The translations under genes and the position numbers were made by a program. From contig OZ004609.1 in NCBI GenBank assembly GCA_963924565.1, positions 26,908,001 to 26,972,000 of the forward strand: DNA of 64,000 nucleotides, read 5' to 3'. Positions within the stretch are counted from its first letter, which is position 1. Each line of letters opens with the position of its first letter. The notes under the pieces were generated by a model. That model had not been told where the DNA came from. It did not search any database and saw only the letters and a list, made by a program, of their open reading frames with translations. Shown piece after piece: positions 38,901 through 50,420 of this stretch. This stretch comes from Ascidiella aspersa (taxonomy: Eukaryota).

Positions 38901-41162
38901 CTTTAGTGCTGCTGTGGCCTAAACGCTGGTCTAATGTTCCTTGGGGAGGCAACAACTATTTTATTATTCCTGCTTCTGAAAAATAAAAGGAATCGACATA
39001 ACCTCCAAAAAGGAACTTGCTAAATCTACAGCGTCGCGCACCTAGTAGAACAAAGTCATAATTAAACTGTAAAGAAAATTGTAATTCACGTATATATGTA
39101 TCAGTTGCTAGTTATTTAAAACAGATATATCTCAGGCGTTATTTTTAAACTACTATGCCTCGCCATGTAGTACAACTCTAAAAAATATATCTTCAGTTGA
39201 TTTTTTGCAATGACGACAAAGACAAACTTGTTTAACGCTTTGTTATACTAAAGCAAAATATCGTTTTAACAAGCAATCCGAATACAAAGCGCCTCTTGTT
39301 GCGCTATTTTTAGCAAGGTACAAGGGCGTCCCCTTAATTGCCCTGTCGTTAAAATCTCGCTCGTTCGCGTGACACAATCGAAGCAGCAGCGAGCCCAACC
39401 TCATTCGAGCAAACATAGAGCTATCCTATGCGGTAATGGCGTGAGTTGGCTCGGCCTATGATTGGTTTCTGCGGCATGCCATAGCTTGCACGCAACACAC
39501 ACCATTAAGCGATAGCTGCGGTATTAGCCTCCCCTGGAGAGCCCCCATTGCGAAAGAAAACTAAATAACACTAACAGAGGGTAATATAGTTTTGGTATGC
39601 CCGCGGCCCATTTTTGTGGCTTATACAGGCTGTCAAGTAGTATATTTAAGCATTTAATTTATTTGGACACCTTCATGTTCTGCTTAAACGCAAGAACGCT
39701 AGTGCAAAATATCTCCATTTCCCTGTGTGTTAAAAAACTGTTTTGTGTATCAGCTCCTTTTGACCGCCTAAATATGAACTACGCTACGTCATTGTTAGCT
39801 TTTGTCCGGTAATGTAAATTCAATGCGCAATGAATGACCTAATTCGTGAATAAGGAAAATATGAGACTTTGGTCTGTCGTGTGTGTCGAAACTATTTTAG
39901 TAAGTCTTTTAAGTATATATATATATATATTTACTATATAAAAGGCATTTCGGTAATTTTACCACGCGATGCTGTCATTTGGTGACTGTCAAGCAAATTG
40001 GTCGTCTATAGGTTAGATTTTAAATGGAAGGTGTGTGGTGTAATTAATGTTACAGTGCCACTTTTTTCCTTTTTACAGAAATGCTAATTTTTCAATCTTT
40101 CACAACCTGCGTTGCACGCTTTCTAGTTTTCGACACGATAAAACTACCTTATATGTCAGTTCGTTATGCGCAGCAAGTGACCATTTTTATAATTCGTTTC
40201 TCTCCATATACAGGCCCTCACCGCGTCCGACCTCAACCTTGTTATGTACGTGTGCGAGACGGTAGACCCCGCCGTGGTGTTCGGGGTTTCCCCCTGCCCC
40301 CTACAGCAACCCATCCTGCTCTCCCTCATCCAGCAGCTCTCTAGTGACCTCACCACCAAGACCGAAGTCAAACTTAAGTGAGTGGATGTTCGCTACGCTG
40401 ACGACAATCCGTACAGGATATGATTTATGTATATTGTATAGCTTTGCTACACCCGTGTTTATCTATAAAACGATGCAAACTCTTTATCAAAATGAGAACA
40501 GTTTAATAGTGGTAGGAGGGGTTGCGTATAAAAAGCTAAAAGATGAAATAAACTTTTTTTTGTAAAAACAGATTTGTGAATCTTGTTTTTTTTTGTAAAA
40601 ACAGATTTTGTGAAAAAGGACATTTGCTGGACAAATAGATCGTCAAATTCTCCATGTGTAGTAATTTCTGAAGTTTGGGTTACTACCTTAAATTCTGTCA
40701 CCATTTTTGCGTTTTTAAGCAAAATTGTTTATTTTACCTTTTGCTTTTTAGCGCTTTGCTGTGTTTTTTATATATTTTATTGTTTCACGTTTTAGGTTTA
40801 CCTTTTCGAAAAAAATATACTTAGGTACACTACTCACGGATCTGTAATGTAGCTTGATAATCATTCTCAAAGCCGAAAAGGTCGATTTACTCTACAAAAA
40901 ATATAAATTTTAAACGATTTTTTTTTAAATCAAGCGATTACTAAAATAACGACTTTTAACGTTCGCTTTTTCGTGCAGATACCTACAAGAGGCGGTTATG
41001 AACTTGGATCGGCGTCACCAGGTCACTCAGGAATACATGCACAGCGTGTTGAGTGCTCTAGTGCAGAAGTTGCAGACCTGCGCTCAGGGACCACTCGAGA
41101 ACCCGTCGCTGGGCAAAGACCTCAAGATGCTGGCCATGGCCGCCCAGTCCCTCGTCAAGTAG
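11939..41162 (+). CDS. EDC4: Enhancer of mRNA decapping 4 (Ge-1/HEDLS), about 1439 aa, 29 coding exons
   Basis: Phase-consistent exons: 11939-12035, 12548-12612, 12726-12781, 13033-13144, 13666-13765, 14289-14475, 14774-14972, 15164-15265, 16067-16176, 17000-17083, 17472-17556, 18058-18162, 20707-20983, 23043-23112, 25232-25347, 26360-26598, 27355-27528, 28037-28136, 29593-29949, 31155-31293, 32177-32294, 33085-33250, 33746-33898, 34904-35019, 36042-36207, 36810-36996, 37922-38213, 40214-40377, 40979-41162 (sum 4320 nt). WD40 motifs KFDWDHKYYTGSLI, LLKGFSG, AASYDGYVKFWQI, CLHKWKPHDGKPVSC and YWRFLLTGCDRNNELKMWC. LTPDAFM and WPKAPDV in the linker. C-terminal PAFERSSQAMFQQL and ALTASDLNLVMYVCETVDP...QPILLSLIQQL. 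All resemble vertebrate EDC4. Confidence 0.95.
14476..14773 (+). other. U12-type (minor spliceosome) GT-AG intron, EDC4 intron 6
   Basis: 5' splice site GTATCCTTTT. Branch-site-like TTCTTTGAC at 14746-14754, about 20 nt before the AG at 14772-14773. No polypyrimidine tract. Only this AG among nearby ones keeps the EDC4 frame. Confidence 0.85.
14502..14622 (+). repeat. Partial copy of the right arm and flank of the tRNA-hairpin element (28984-29092)
   Basis: tgacagattc.gtgagtct..gatggcttttcggtgta...aagccg.aatcgttggtcaaaaagcagcta...aatcacagttgttaacacaca.atgtgtgt is shared with 28984-29092. Confidence 0.85.
21391..22828. mobile_element. hAT-like non-autonomous element in EDC4 intron 13
   Basis: TIRs CAGGGTTGTTCCTAAGCA and CAGGGTTGGGCTTAAGCA (reverse complement). 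CACTCGC/GGCGAG subterminal repeats at both ends. TSD not recognisable. Confidence 0.65.
24802..24850. repeat. (GTTT)12 microsatellite
   Basis: Directly visible. Confidence 0.95.
25791..26283. mobile_element. Foldback/MITE with about 40-bp TIRs
   Basis: ACTACATTTGAATTAATTGTAA..GTT.TTCC.GTAAATA at 25791 and its reverse complement ending at 26283. An extra internal copy lies near 26125-26160. Confidence 0.6.
28797..29021. repeat. 79-bp inverted repeat (72/79 identical, ungapped) enclosing a tRNA-like cloverleaf
   Basis: Left arm 28797-28875 matches the reverse complement of 28943-29021. Confidence 0.9.
28872..28946 (-). ncRNA. tRNA-like sequence (pseudo-tRNA or SINE-head-like, nominal anticodon GGA) with intact Pol III A and B boxes
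   Basis: Minus strand reads GCCTACAG TAGCTCAGTTGGTAGTGC GA CGGTC CCGGAAT GACTG GAGGTC GTGAG TTCGAGC CTCAC TACAGGC, with TTTT shortly downstream. The T-arm is perfect. The acceptor and D stems are imperfect and position 33 is C, so it is unlikely to be a translating tRNA. Confidence 0.7.
29122..29552. mobile_element. hAT (Charlie-like) MITE
   Basis: CAGTGTTTCTTAAAC...GTTTAAGAAGCACTG. TSD TACTAGAC/TGCTAGAC (7/8, CTAG-centred). Confidence 0.8.
30065..30894. mobile_element. hAT-like MITE with a nested palindromic, CCCTAA-motif-bearing insertion
   Basis: CAGTGTTTTTTAACC...GGTTGAGAAGCGCTG with GGCGCAC subterminal motifs. TSD GGTTAGGA/GGTTAGGG. The interior (about 30180-30790) resembles 49850-50420. 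Confidence 0.7.
32713..33038. mobile_element. hAT-like MITE with CGGCCC motifs
   Basis: CAGACCTGGGCAAACT...TAATTACCCACCC. TSD CTTTAGGC/CTTTAGGT. Confidence 0.65.
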
Positions 41163-42542
41163 CCTCCTGGTGTTCCATTTTTCCCCCTAAATGGGTCGGC
41201 TGAGACGTGGTTACGAGGGTACCCGGAAAAACTGTTGTTGAGTTGCTTGAAACGGACGATTTTGCGCTTGTCGACGATAAACAATACTTTCGTTATCCCG
41301 ATGCTTGGCGCTCACACTTAGCAAACTGTTGGCAGCAGGCGTTTTTTTTGTTTTGGCGATCGCGCTTTGCCAAAAGCCTAAAAAAGCATTCCAACTATTT
41401 ACAAACCGCTCTCGGCCCCGAACAGTATGTCAGATTTTTGCCTTTAGTTAGGTTTGAACCGAGCGCTTGTTCTTTTTGTTGTAAGTCCCTTCGCGTCACC
41501 ACACAGTGCCCGGCGTGTTTTTACGATGCAGAGTCGAAACACCGAAGTGTATTTCTGTTTCGGACTGTGCATCTCAATATCGACTTACACTCTTCTTGAC
41601 TTTTAGGTTAGATTTTATTACGCAAAATTGTGTCGCGCATTTTGCTTACGTATTTAACGGTAAACACTCTTCGCTGTAAATGCGATTCAATTATATCTGT
41701 ATCCTTTTTCTAGTTACTTAACTACACTTAGTACAATTTCGTTAAAGTTTTCACAAAACGAGGCTCAGTTGTTTTAAAAATCCCAAATGGCTAAACAATG
41801 ATGACAGCTAGCGACCTTTTTCGCCACGCAAAAGTGCACGAAGATAAATGTTACAACCGCAAGGCTAACCAGTTTTTGAAGTATAGCCGCGCAAACGATT
41901 CGAGGAGCTGGCATTTATGTCTCAACTTAGCAGGCCATAAAGTTAATTGAATCATGCTTAAAGCATCTTTGGTGCCGCGTTCAATTTGCCACACAACAAA
42001 ACGTTCCCCGCATTTTTGTATTAGCGTAAGCGGTACTTTGCGTACAAGAAACTCCCTTAAGTTGGTTTGGTCACGATGCCGCCACGTAACGTATGACCGG
42101 TCTCCCGATGCCTGCCCTTAGAGCAAATACGCAAAAGGCTGGGTCGGATTGAACGACAGTCGTGTTTCGGCCTATCGAAAGGACAGTCCGCACAAATTAT
42201 TTTTTCCACGCACGCCCTGTTATTTTCAAAGCGACACGAAAAGGTCCACCAGACATTTTAAGGTAAACTTTTTACGTTGAACGCAAAACGTTTCAACTAC
42301 GACGTAAAGAAATCGGTTACTGGGAAATATATAAAAATAAAAACGTGATTGGGTTTTTTCAGCATTTAAAGTCCAGCTTCGTGTGATCGATGCTTTGTGA
42401 ACTATAATATCCTTACTGTTGATCGAACCAATAATCGGTTGGCGTTGTCAGTATTTGCCGATCTACCGAGACAAAAGTCGCCTTGCGCAATGTTAGTTCT
42501 AAAAAGGCGTGCTGATTTGAAACTCTCCTGACACCGGCAAAC

Positions 42543-45500
42543 CTAAACATTGTATTTGCATTTGATCCGGGTTGGTCCGAAGTCTAACATAAAGGTCTTC
42601 AGAAATACCCTGGTCACCATTGACGTGGGTATTTTTTCGACTTTACCCCCGAACGCCCAATTCAACTTCTTTCTTCTGAATGCCGCCGCCCCATGTTGGT
42701 ATATTGCGTGGCGCAATTTCTTGGTTATTTTCATTTCAGTTGAGAGCACCGAGGTTTCAATTTCAAAACATTTCGTTTCCAAATCTACTTGTGTTTTTTA
42801 TCGTCTGCTCAGTTGGATTAAGAGCAAGAAAAAGGCAGCACTAAGAGATACAACGTTAGATACAGTATATTGGAATGCAATAGTTTATTTAATATTGAAG
42901 AGCGCTACAGGAAAAATGAACGACGTCCATAATACAGGAAAAATAAAAAAAATATATAAGTCCTTAAAACGAGTCGCAAAAGACCTCGCCAAGGAATGTT
43001 ACCAGAACTAGAAATAGGGTAAAAAATGGTTCATGTTTATTATCGGTTGCCATTTTGACAACTAATTAAGATCGGTTCTAAACGACAATTGTCGTTCTTG
43101 TCGACAATCGACAAACCAACTTATAAAAAAATTGAATTCACGTGACTCATTAATTATTATTTAAATTATTCGCAAAAAATTTGTGGGAAATCATTTCTGC
43201 CTATTTATAAAAACGAAAATCAGGGCAAAGCTAGGTTACGTTAAATATTAGTTGCTGGTGGCCAAAGTTCGTGATTGGGCAGCTAATTCGTAAAATACTT
43301 CTTTTGTTTCACACATGTCTGTTATAGAATTCTGTCCTGTTTTTTTTAAATGGCTTAGATTTTGTCACCTTTACTTTTATGTGTTGCTTTGCCCCACAGA
43401 ATAAAATTCGTCATATAGAAGGTTTTCAAAAATAGTTGGTAAATTTGTTTCAATAGTTAGCTTACTTTTAGGTTTTTTTCAGACCTTTTTTAGGTGTGTT
43501 GATTAGATATTTTCGCGTGCCAATCTAACAGCACGTTATATCACGGAGGTAAATAGTACCTGATAGAGCGGGACGTTAACCTGCTAAACTTACCAAGTTT
43601 GGCTGCATGTGAACGCACAAAAAACAGCAAAATTGTGCCGGTGACATTAGGTTTAGAGATTCCTGGATTGCTCTTGTAGCGGTGTGCGCTCCATATTGTT
43701 ACCGGGTTGAAACTCCGGTCATTCAATTGAAACAGTCTCTTGGATTGTGACGTCATGACACCAGCCTGTGTGAATTCATCAAACTATCGACATATTGCTA
43801 TACTCGTGTTTCGCAAATTGCTTAGAATTTCCTGTTTTTCGTTGCGTGGCAGAACATAGGCGTAGCCAGGGGGGGGCCTAAGGGGCCATGCCCCCCCCAA
43901 AAAATTTAGAAATATTTTACTCTTAATACTTTGTTTTTTAGCATTTGTGAGCAGTACCACAACAGTCGATTACAGGCATGCCGTACCTTCAATTGTCATG
44001 CACTGTTACGTCACAAACGTAGTTAACATTGCATTTGTTCTACATTAATGTAGTTTTACTACTTAAAAGTCAGTTCTTGCTGTTTGAATGGTTTTCTTGG
44101 AAATAGAGTATTGCCTTAACACCAAGTCAGTTGCTGATCGAAACGGTTTGCTAACATTGTTATTGTGTTCGTTACGGCGGTAAATACAATGACAAACGCT
44201 AAACAAAAAGCTCAAACTTTTTTGCCCCCCAAAAAATTTTCGGCTGGCTACGCCACTGTGGCAAAACCGCATTGTTATGAAATTTAATTAACGCCATGTT
44301 GTATAAAGTATATAAGAGATTTCATTTTATACCAAAAACCAGCAGTTGCATAATGCATATACTGTTCACTTCTGGAGTCAGATCGCGTACGTATACGTTG
44401 GAGATAATTATGGTACGTATATTGCAAGTATATGTAAGTACTGTTTGTCGTTTGCTTGTTTATTTGCAATAAATACTATTTTATTGTGGCTGCGCCCCAC
44501 ACTCGTGATGAACAAAAATCAAAATCTCACAAATTGTAAACTTAAGAAAGTTTTTTGCTGGAGCTCTACACATAAAGCTAAATTATTCGTTCGCCAAAGG
44601 CATTGGATTAATCTTTTAAATAAAGTGTGCACATTGTTTATTCAGGACCACTCGAAATAGCAACAAATACTTTCCTTTAAATGTAATTTATTAAACTCTT
44701 CTGACTTCCCCGGTTAGCAAAGTGGAGAGAGAGGAATGTTCAATTCTATTACACCAGGCCTTTTGGGGCGGCCCTGAAATACCCGAAGGACCTAATATTA
44801 AAATTTTCAGTTTTAAGTCGTTGGGTTTTTCCGTCATAGCGAAACTCGGTATTTATCCAATCCACTTGTCAAGTGGCCTCGCTTTAATTATTAATGTTTT
44901 CATTAGAACCAGAAGTGGACTTTAAACATCAATCTGGTTTGTTGAAAAAACTGCTTTGTCATCAAGCGACCCTTATGACCTAATTTTTATTTTTATGCAG
45001 CCCGTTTTCCTTTTTCAACTGCACATGTATATAGTTGGAAAATTTTTGTGCGTAAAACAACATGCTAAAAATTCAATTAGCTATTGCCTTTTCTGTACGA
45101 AAACACTCCAGAACCATATAGGCCGAAAACATAACTTGGCTAACGCATAAAACTTACTATTACCATTCTTCTAGATCGTGATTTACTATTCAAGAGTTTC
45201 GTTAGACTGTTGCGTCATGTTTAAAAAATTAAGAAAAAACTTTTTTTACTCTTTCGAATAAATTTCCTGATACGAAAATCAACGTAATTTAAAAACATTC
45301 TTACTTTACTTGATCGAATCGTACGCCGCAGTATAACTTTTTTTTAATAAAAGAGTTTGTTTGCAATTTGTCAACACTTCATATCGTCAAGAGTCAATTG
45401 CGCAAATAACTGCGGTGTGTGAATGAAATAAAACCACCGCGCATCTGTTTGATTTAATTTAGGTCAAGACATTTTAACATTTTGACAAAGCAATAAAACG

Positions 45501-47784
45501 CCTTCATCAAGAAACTCCGCGGTGAAACATAAAAAAGCTACTTGTTAAATTTTGCAAATTATTTTAAATATATTTAGTTTTATTGCAGTTGATTATAGCA
45601 GGAAATGATCTATTCCATTTTGGATATTATTAGCCTATATTTAGAAAAATACAAACTAAATCGGTGTAAGTGTTTAGATATAATTGGCACCAAATATGTT
45701 CGATTCCTGTTCCTAAAAAGGACCTTATATTGCACAAGTTTGGCAACCAGAACAAAATGATTCACCTTTTTACAAGTTATAATGAAAGTTGACCTGTTAA
45801 ACCTTGATACATCATTTCTTTTGGCTCCCTCTAGTGCTAGTGCGTACGTGATTCAGCAAAAGACACACAAAGCGATTACAAACAAACCGTCCAGAACGCC
45901 CGTGAGGCGGACAGGCCATCTGCTTTGTTAAAAGGCAAACACGCCGGCCAAGGACTTTGGAAAGTTGGTTACGTGTACAACAACTTAACACAACTCCCCC
46001 TGATAATCCAATGCCATTGCGCTGCGATGAAGTATCACACCTCGCAAATGGCCCTGCCTACTGGTAAATCATTGCTTTGTTGGTTCGCTTTGAGTTTGCA
46101 AATACGTCGCCCCCGATTTGTCACGTAGACACCGTTGCCGTGTACCTATATAAGCCGCTCTGGAACACCGGTTTGGCGGTAACCACCTTGGACATAAGTG
46201 GATTTTGACAGCTTGAAAGTTAGCCGTGATTCAGCATAAAAAAATAAATATGGTGGAATTTTTGTTTTGAAAAAACGTTTTATCGTGGCGCTATCGCAAT
46301 TTTTCATGTGATCTAGCATAAATGGGTGATTGCTAGCCATAGTGTCGTGCCAAAATGGACTTTCGTCTTTTCTACTTGCATATGTCCGAATGTGGAAATT
46401 TCCTTTCGCCCAAAATTGCTATCGGACATTTTTCTTCCGGGAACTGTAACCAGAAATAAATCCCCCCCGAAGTGCTGCAAGTGGCTGTATATAAAAACGG
46501 AGACCCGTGATAGTGTTACGCCAGTTGCCTTCACGTACAAGAGTGCTCTCAATAACCACTCTCGTATACTTTCTAGAAACTTCTAACGTAGTACAGCCTC
46601 GAGCCGTTGCAAATTAACTCGGCTTCGTGTTTTTCGTTAGCGATACTCGAACTCTGGTCGTCACGACTTTCTGGTGAATTGAAGTAACAGAGACAAATAA
46701 AAGCCATGGCTATGCTGTCGGTTGCAGTCCGCTTCAATTCGCAAGACGTGTACGCTTCGACTTCCTTCCAAGGAATGGACCCTGTAAAAGTGAAAGCTGA
46801 TAAAGCAAACCAAAAGCAGGTAAGTTAAGGAATTGTGTTTGTTATGATAACTATTGAGCTGCATGACTAATTTCTACGGGCTCGTATGGTGGTGTGTTGC
46901 TTATACAAATATATTTTTAAAACTATATTGGTAAAAAATCAACCTTAACTTATACTGGTAATTTACTGTGATCATCACGGACACGGTGTAAGACACGTTG
47001 AACAACCTGTTATATCACGGTATGACTAATTGACTATATTACGAACGCACATTCGACATGACGAAAGAAAATTTTTTTTTTCTTACAACGAATTTGCACT
47101 ACTCAATGTGTTATTTAGTTATTAGATTCACACAAAATTGCTCAAACGTCGCGGATTATCTGATTACGGTGCGAAATTGCGAGTGAAGCCGCCAAATGAT
47201 GCGTGATAATTTGCGGGATACTAGTTAAGGTTGCCTTCGTTTGCGTCAACGTCTCTTGCATTAACTCGGTTCGAGCATAAAATTGGCAATTTCGCATGGT
47301 TTGTGTAACAGCGTTAACTACAAAATTAAATGGTGTTTGGGTTTGTCACAAAAACAATTACTTTGTTCAGAAAGTATATAAGCCACCTTATCAATAGGTC
47401 AAGACGGGTTTTAACAGAACGCAGACAAATAGAAAGATTTTGAACGGCGGACAAATTAAAGGCGTTTTTGTCGCATTTTTAACCAAATGAAAACTTAGTT
47501 GGCGAAACACTGTTAACGCATTGAAATATACTGTTAATAACACTTTATATAATTTCCTATTTTTGGTCCCCTGAAGCAAGGCGCTAACAGTTTTGGCATG
47601 CACCTATTCCGATCTAGTGAAGTTTACATTGCGAGTTTCACGGTTGCCCGCTTGAGAAAGTAAACTTTGTCGAGCAGTTTCCATGATTCCCTTTAGGGCA
47701 GATAAAATGAGCTCAGGGAAAATGCTCATCAAACTACAAATTGTAAACAGAATGTTCAGTAATTTGCACAACAAATAGACATGA
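42543..47784 (-). pseudogene. Cryptic multi-exon orphan gene or pseudogene, convergent with EDC4
   Basis: Candidate GT-AG exons 47784-47604, 46781-~45800, 44791-44706, 43765-43594 and 42784-42543. The last three join in frame with no stop (about 165 codons). The first two carry scattered stops and frameshifts. No recognisable domain. Confidence 0.4.
43855..44258. mobile_element. MITE with CA(T/G)(A/T)GGCGTAGCCAG TIRs
   Basis: CATAGGCGTAGCCAG...CTGGCTACGCCACTG. 8-bp TSD TGGCAGAA/TGGCAAAA. Confidence 0.8.
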
Positions 47785-48091
47785 CTGAAAAGATAGGCAG
47801 CAAAAGTGATCACTTTATTACAGGCATTTGAGTTTTAGTTGTTAAGTGTTAACATCATAAAAAGTATAATATCAACATTGCAGACAGCGCAACGTGAAGC
47901 CGCGAGAACGTTAAAACCACAGAACTGCTTCGGTTTAGTTGTTTAGAATTTTCTGGTGTTAGTCTTATATTTTCCATATATCGTCTCGTTTTAAAATTTG
48001 GTATATTTTCGTCAAAGGATCCCAATTTGAATCGCACACGCATTACCAATAACTTAGTGCCGCAAGGCCTGAAACCTACAAAGGCGGCAGC

Positions 48092-49032
48092 ATGAGGCTG
48101 ATAACAAGCAATGACCCTCCCTCCTACCAGGTTGCGATGAAGAAGAAGGACGTGCAGGGGATGTTCGAGCTCTTCGACAGTGACGAGAAGGGATCGCTTG
48201 GAAACGAAGAACTCAAGGCCATATTCCAGCGACTCGGCATGCCAATCAAGCAGAAGGAGCTCGATGAGTTCACTTCAGGCTTGAAGGGCGGCGACGACGG
48301 TAAAGCGCTTGACCCCGACTGCTTTGCTGCCTTGGTGAAGCTAATATGTCCGGGCGACTTTACCTTGGACGACCTGAGGGCGGCCTACCAGGTGAGATGG
48401 GGCAACTGTTTGCTTTAGTTTCGTTTCGTTCTTGTGTAGATATCACGCTTATGTTCAAGCGGCCAAGCTGTAAGAATTTTTTAAACCCTTGGCATGCTTG
48501 TGTAGACACATTATTGGCCTCTATATTTTTGTGCACCTTCTTTTTCTGCCTTTTTGATTATTGAAAAACGAAACAAACTAACTAGAAATTTTTGCTCAAT
48601 TAACTAATAATTTCTCAAATGAACTCAATTAATAATAATTTACAAAATGAAATATTAATTCCTAAAACGCTTGTCTCTTACGGTAAAGTATTTGTAAACC
48701 TTAAACATTTTCAAAACGATTAATACTCCCAATATCAATTGCAACGTCGCAAAATTTGATAATACCATTTACAATATTTAGACTTTTTTAACTTAAAACT
48801 CTAGAATTTCAGTTGTAGAGCAACTTCCCTAACTATATTTGCCATATTTGAGCAGAAATTCGATCCCCATGACAACGGCTTCATCACCAAGCAAGATCTG
48901 CGCAAGATGCTGCGCATTTGGTCACGTGACGCGCGCGATGACGAACTGGACGAGATGATGGCCGACGCCGATCTCAATCACGACGGCGTGATCGACTTTC
49001 AGGAGTTCGTGATTGCAATTTGCGCGCAATGA
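48092..49032 (+). CDS. Calmodulin-like four-EF-hand protein, copy 1 (158 aa; exons 48092-48391 and 48856-49032)
   Basis: MFELFDSDEKGSLGNEELKAIFQRLG...DDLRAAYQ|KFDPHDNGFITKQDLRKML...DELDEMMADADLNHDGVIDFQEFV. Canonical GT-AG, phase 0. Not canonical calmodulin. Extra 5' exons are possible. Confidence 0.9.
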
Positions 49033-49849
49033 CCGGGTGTGGCGAACTACGTGAAGACATGTTGTACAGCTCATAGCAAACGCGCTGAGATTGTTTTTAC
49101 TATACCCGAGGTAATTGCACAGATCTTAGTGTTTAACAAACAAAAAACAATTTCTTTTGTCAATTGTCAATACAATATTTTGTTGTATATCTTTACGGTT
49201 ATTTCTTTAGCGGTTAAACTCATTTCGCTTCTCTGCGATTTTCATATGAATCTATGCGCCAATTTGTATCATAATTTCATGGCTTGTTTGCTTGGTTTTA
49301 TATTTTTTCTTGTTGCTATCTATTTATATACAGTCTTTGCTTCTTATCATCGCTATAATAAAAACAAGTTTAGTTATTAATATGGTGAAATAAAGTTTAA
49401 TATTCCCTTAGGTTTAAAATTGTTGGGACACCCGACATTTTCTGAAATTAAAGGAGTTTTGTTACTGTAGTTAAATATGACGTAAAATAACTTAGTATTG
49501 ACTATGAACACAATTTGAATAATTCAATGGAGACAATTTGTAATAAGACCTACGATATTTTGAAATAAGACTTAAATTAAGTTAAACATTGGTAATTCTG
49601 TTGTATTTGTAAAAATTCATACAGCAAATGTAAATGCTTTACAAGGGTAATTCATTCAATAAAATATTATAAAACCGAGTAAGGCTTATATTGGCGTAAA
49701 AAGTAAGAAAAGAGCGGGTCGGTTGAAATTGTTTGGCGGGCGAGAGGCCTCAGTTTGTCCAGATGTGGCCTAGAACAGCTCAAGTACATGTCCGTCAATA
49801 GGATTCCTGCCATCAGACCGATATTCGAACAGCATTAACGTACGATAAA

Positions 49850-50420
49850 AAAAACGTTCGGAATAAGACCAAAATAAGATTAAAACCTAATAGTCGTAAC
49901 AACGTCTAAACCAGTCGAAATGGCCAGAATATGGCCTATACACTATTTACCAAACCCTAAACCCCAAACTCCAAACCCCAACCCTAACGTCATCACTAAC
50001 TCCCCTAATTACTTTAGGCCTAACCCAATTTCCAACCCCAACCATTACCCACTCCTGGCACACAAATGGGGGCAAATAATCCGGAATCAGAACAGCGGTG
50101 CTTCAACGGCGCCGTATAAACTAGGGTGCACGAACGTCGACACCATAATGGACGATGTCAGACTGGTAGCACAAATCTTCATTAACCATCTGCCTATAGT
50201 TTAGGCGTTATTTAGACTATTTAGCTAATTATTGCAATAAATTTAGGACCTATTACGACAGGTTAAGGTCTTAGACGATTTTAAATGTTATATTTTCGTG
50301 ATTATTACTGCGTATATGGCTGTATTATCTCGTTCGTCTTTCCACTAGGCTATTATAGATTTGATTTAGATATTGCTGCGTTGTAGATCTTATTGTGTGT
50401 TTTCAGTGAATAACGGTGCT
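49850..50420. mobile_element. Palindromic repeat family member carrying telomere-like (A)ACCCTAA motifs
   Basis: Shares ttcggaat..taatagtcgtaa and tattatagatt..gatttagat..tcttattgtgt blocks with 30240-30775. Boundaries approximate. Confidence 0.55.

Noticed and set aside
42550-43011. 153-aa plus-strand ORF
   Set aside because: TTG start, no domain, and antisense to the better-supported minus-strand candidate exon.
49015-49032. CaaX prenylation motif on the EF-hand proteins
   Set aside because: The proteins end in ICAQ, so the Cys is third from the end rather than fourth.
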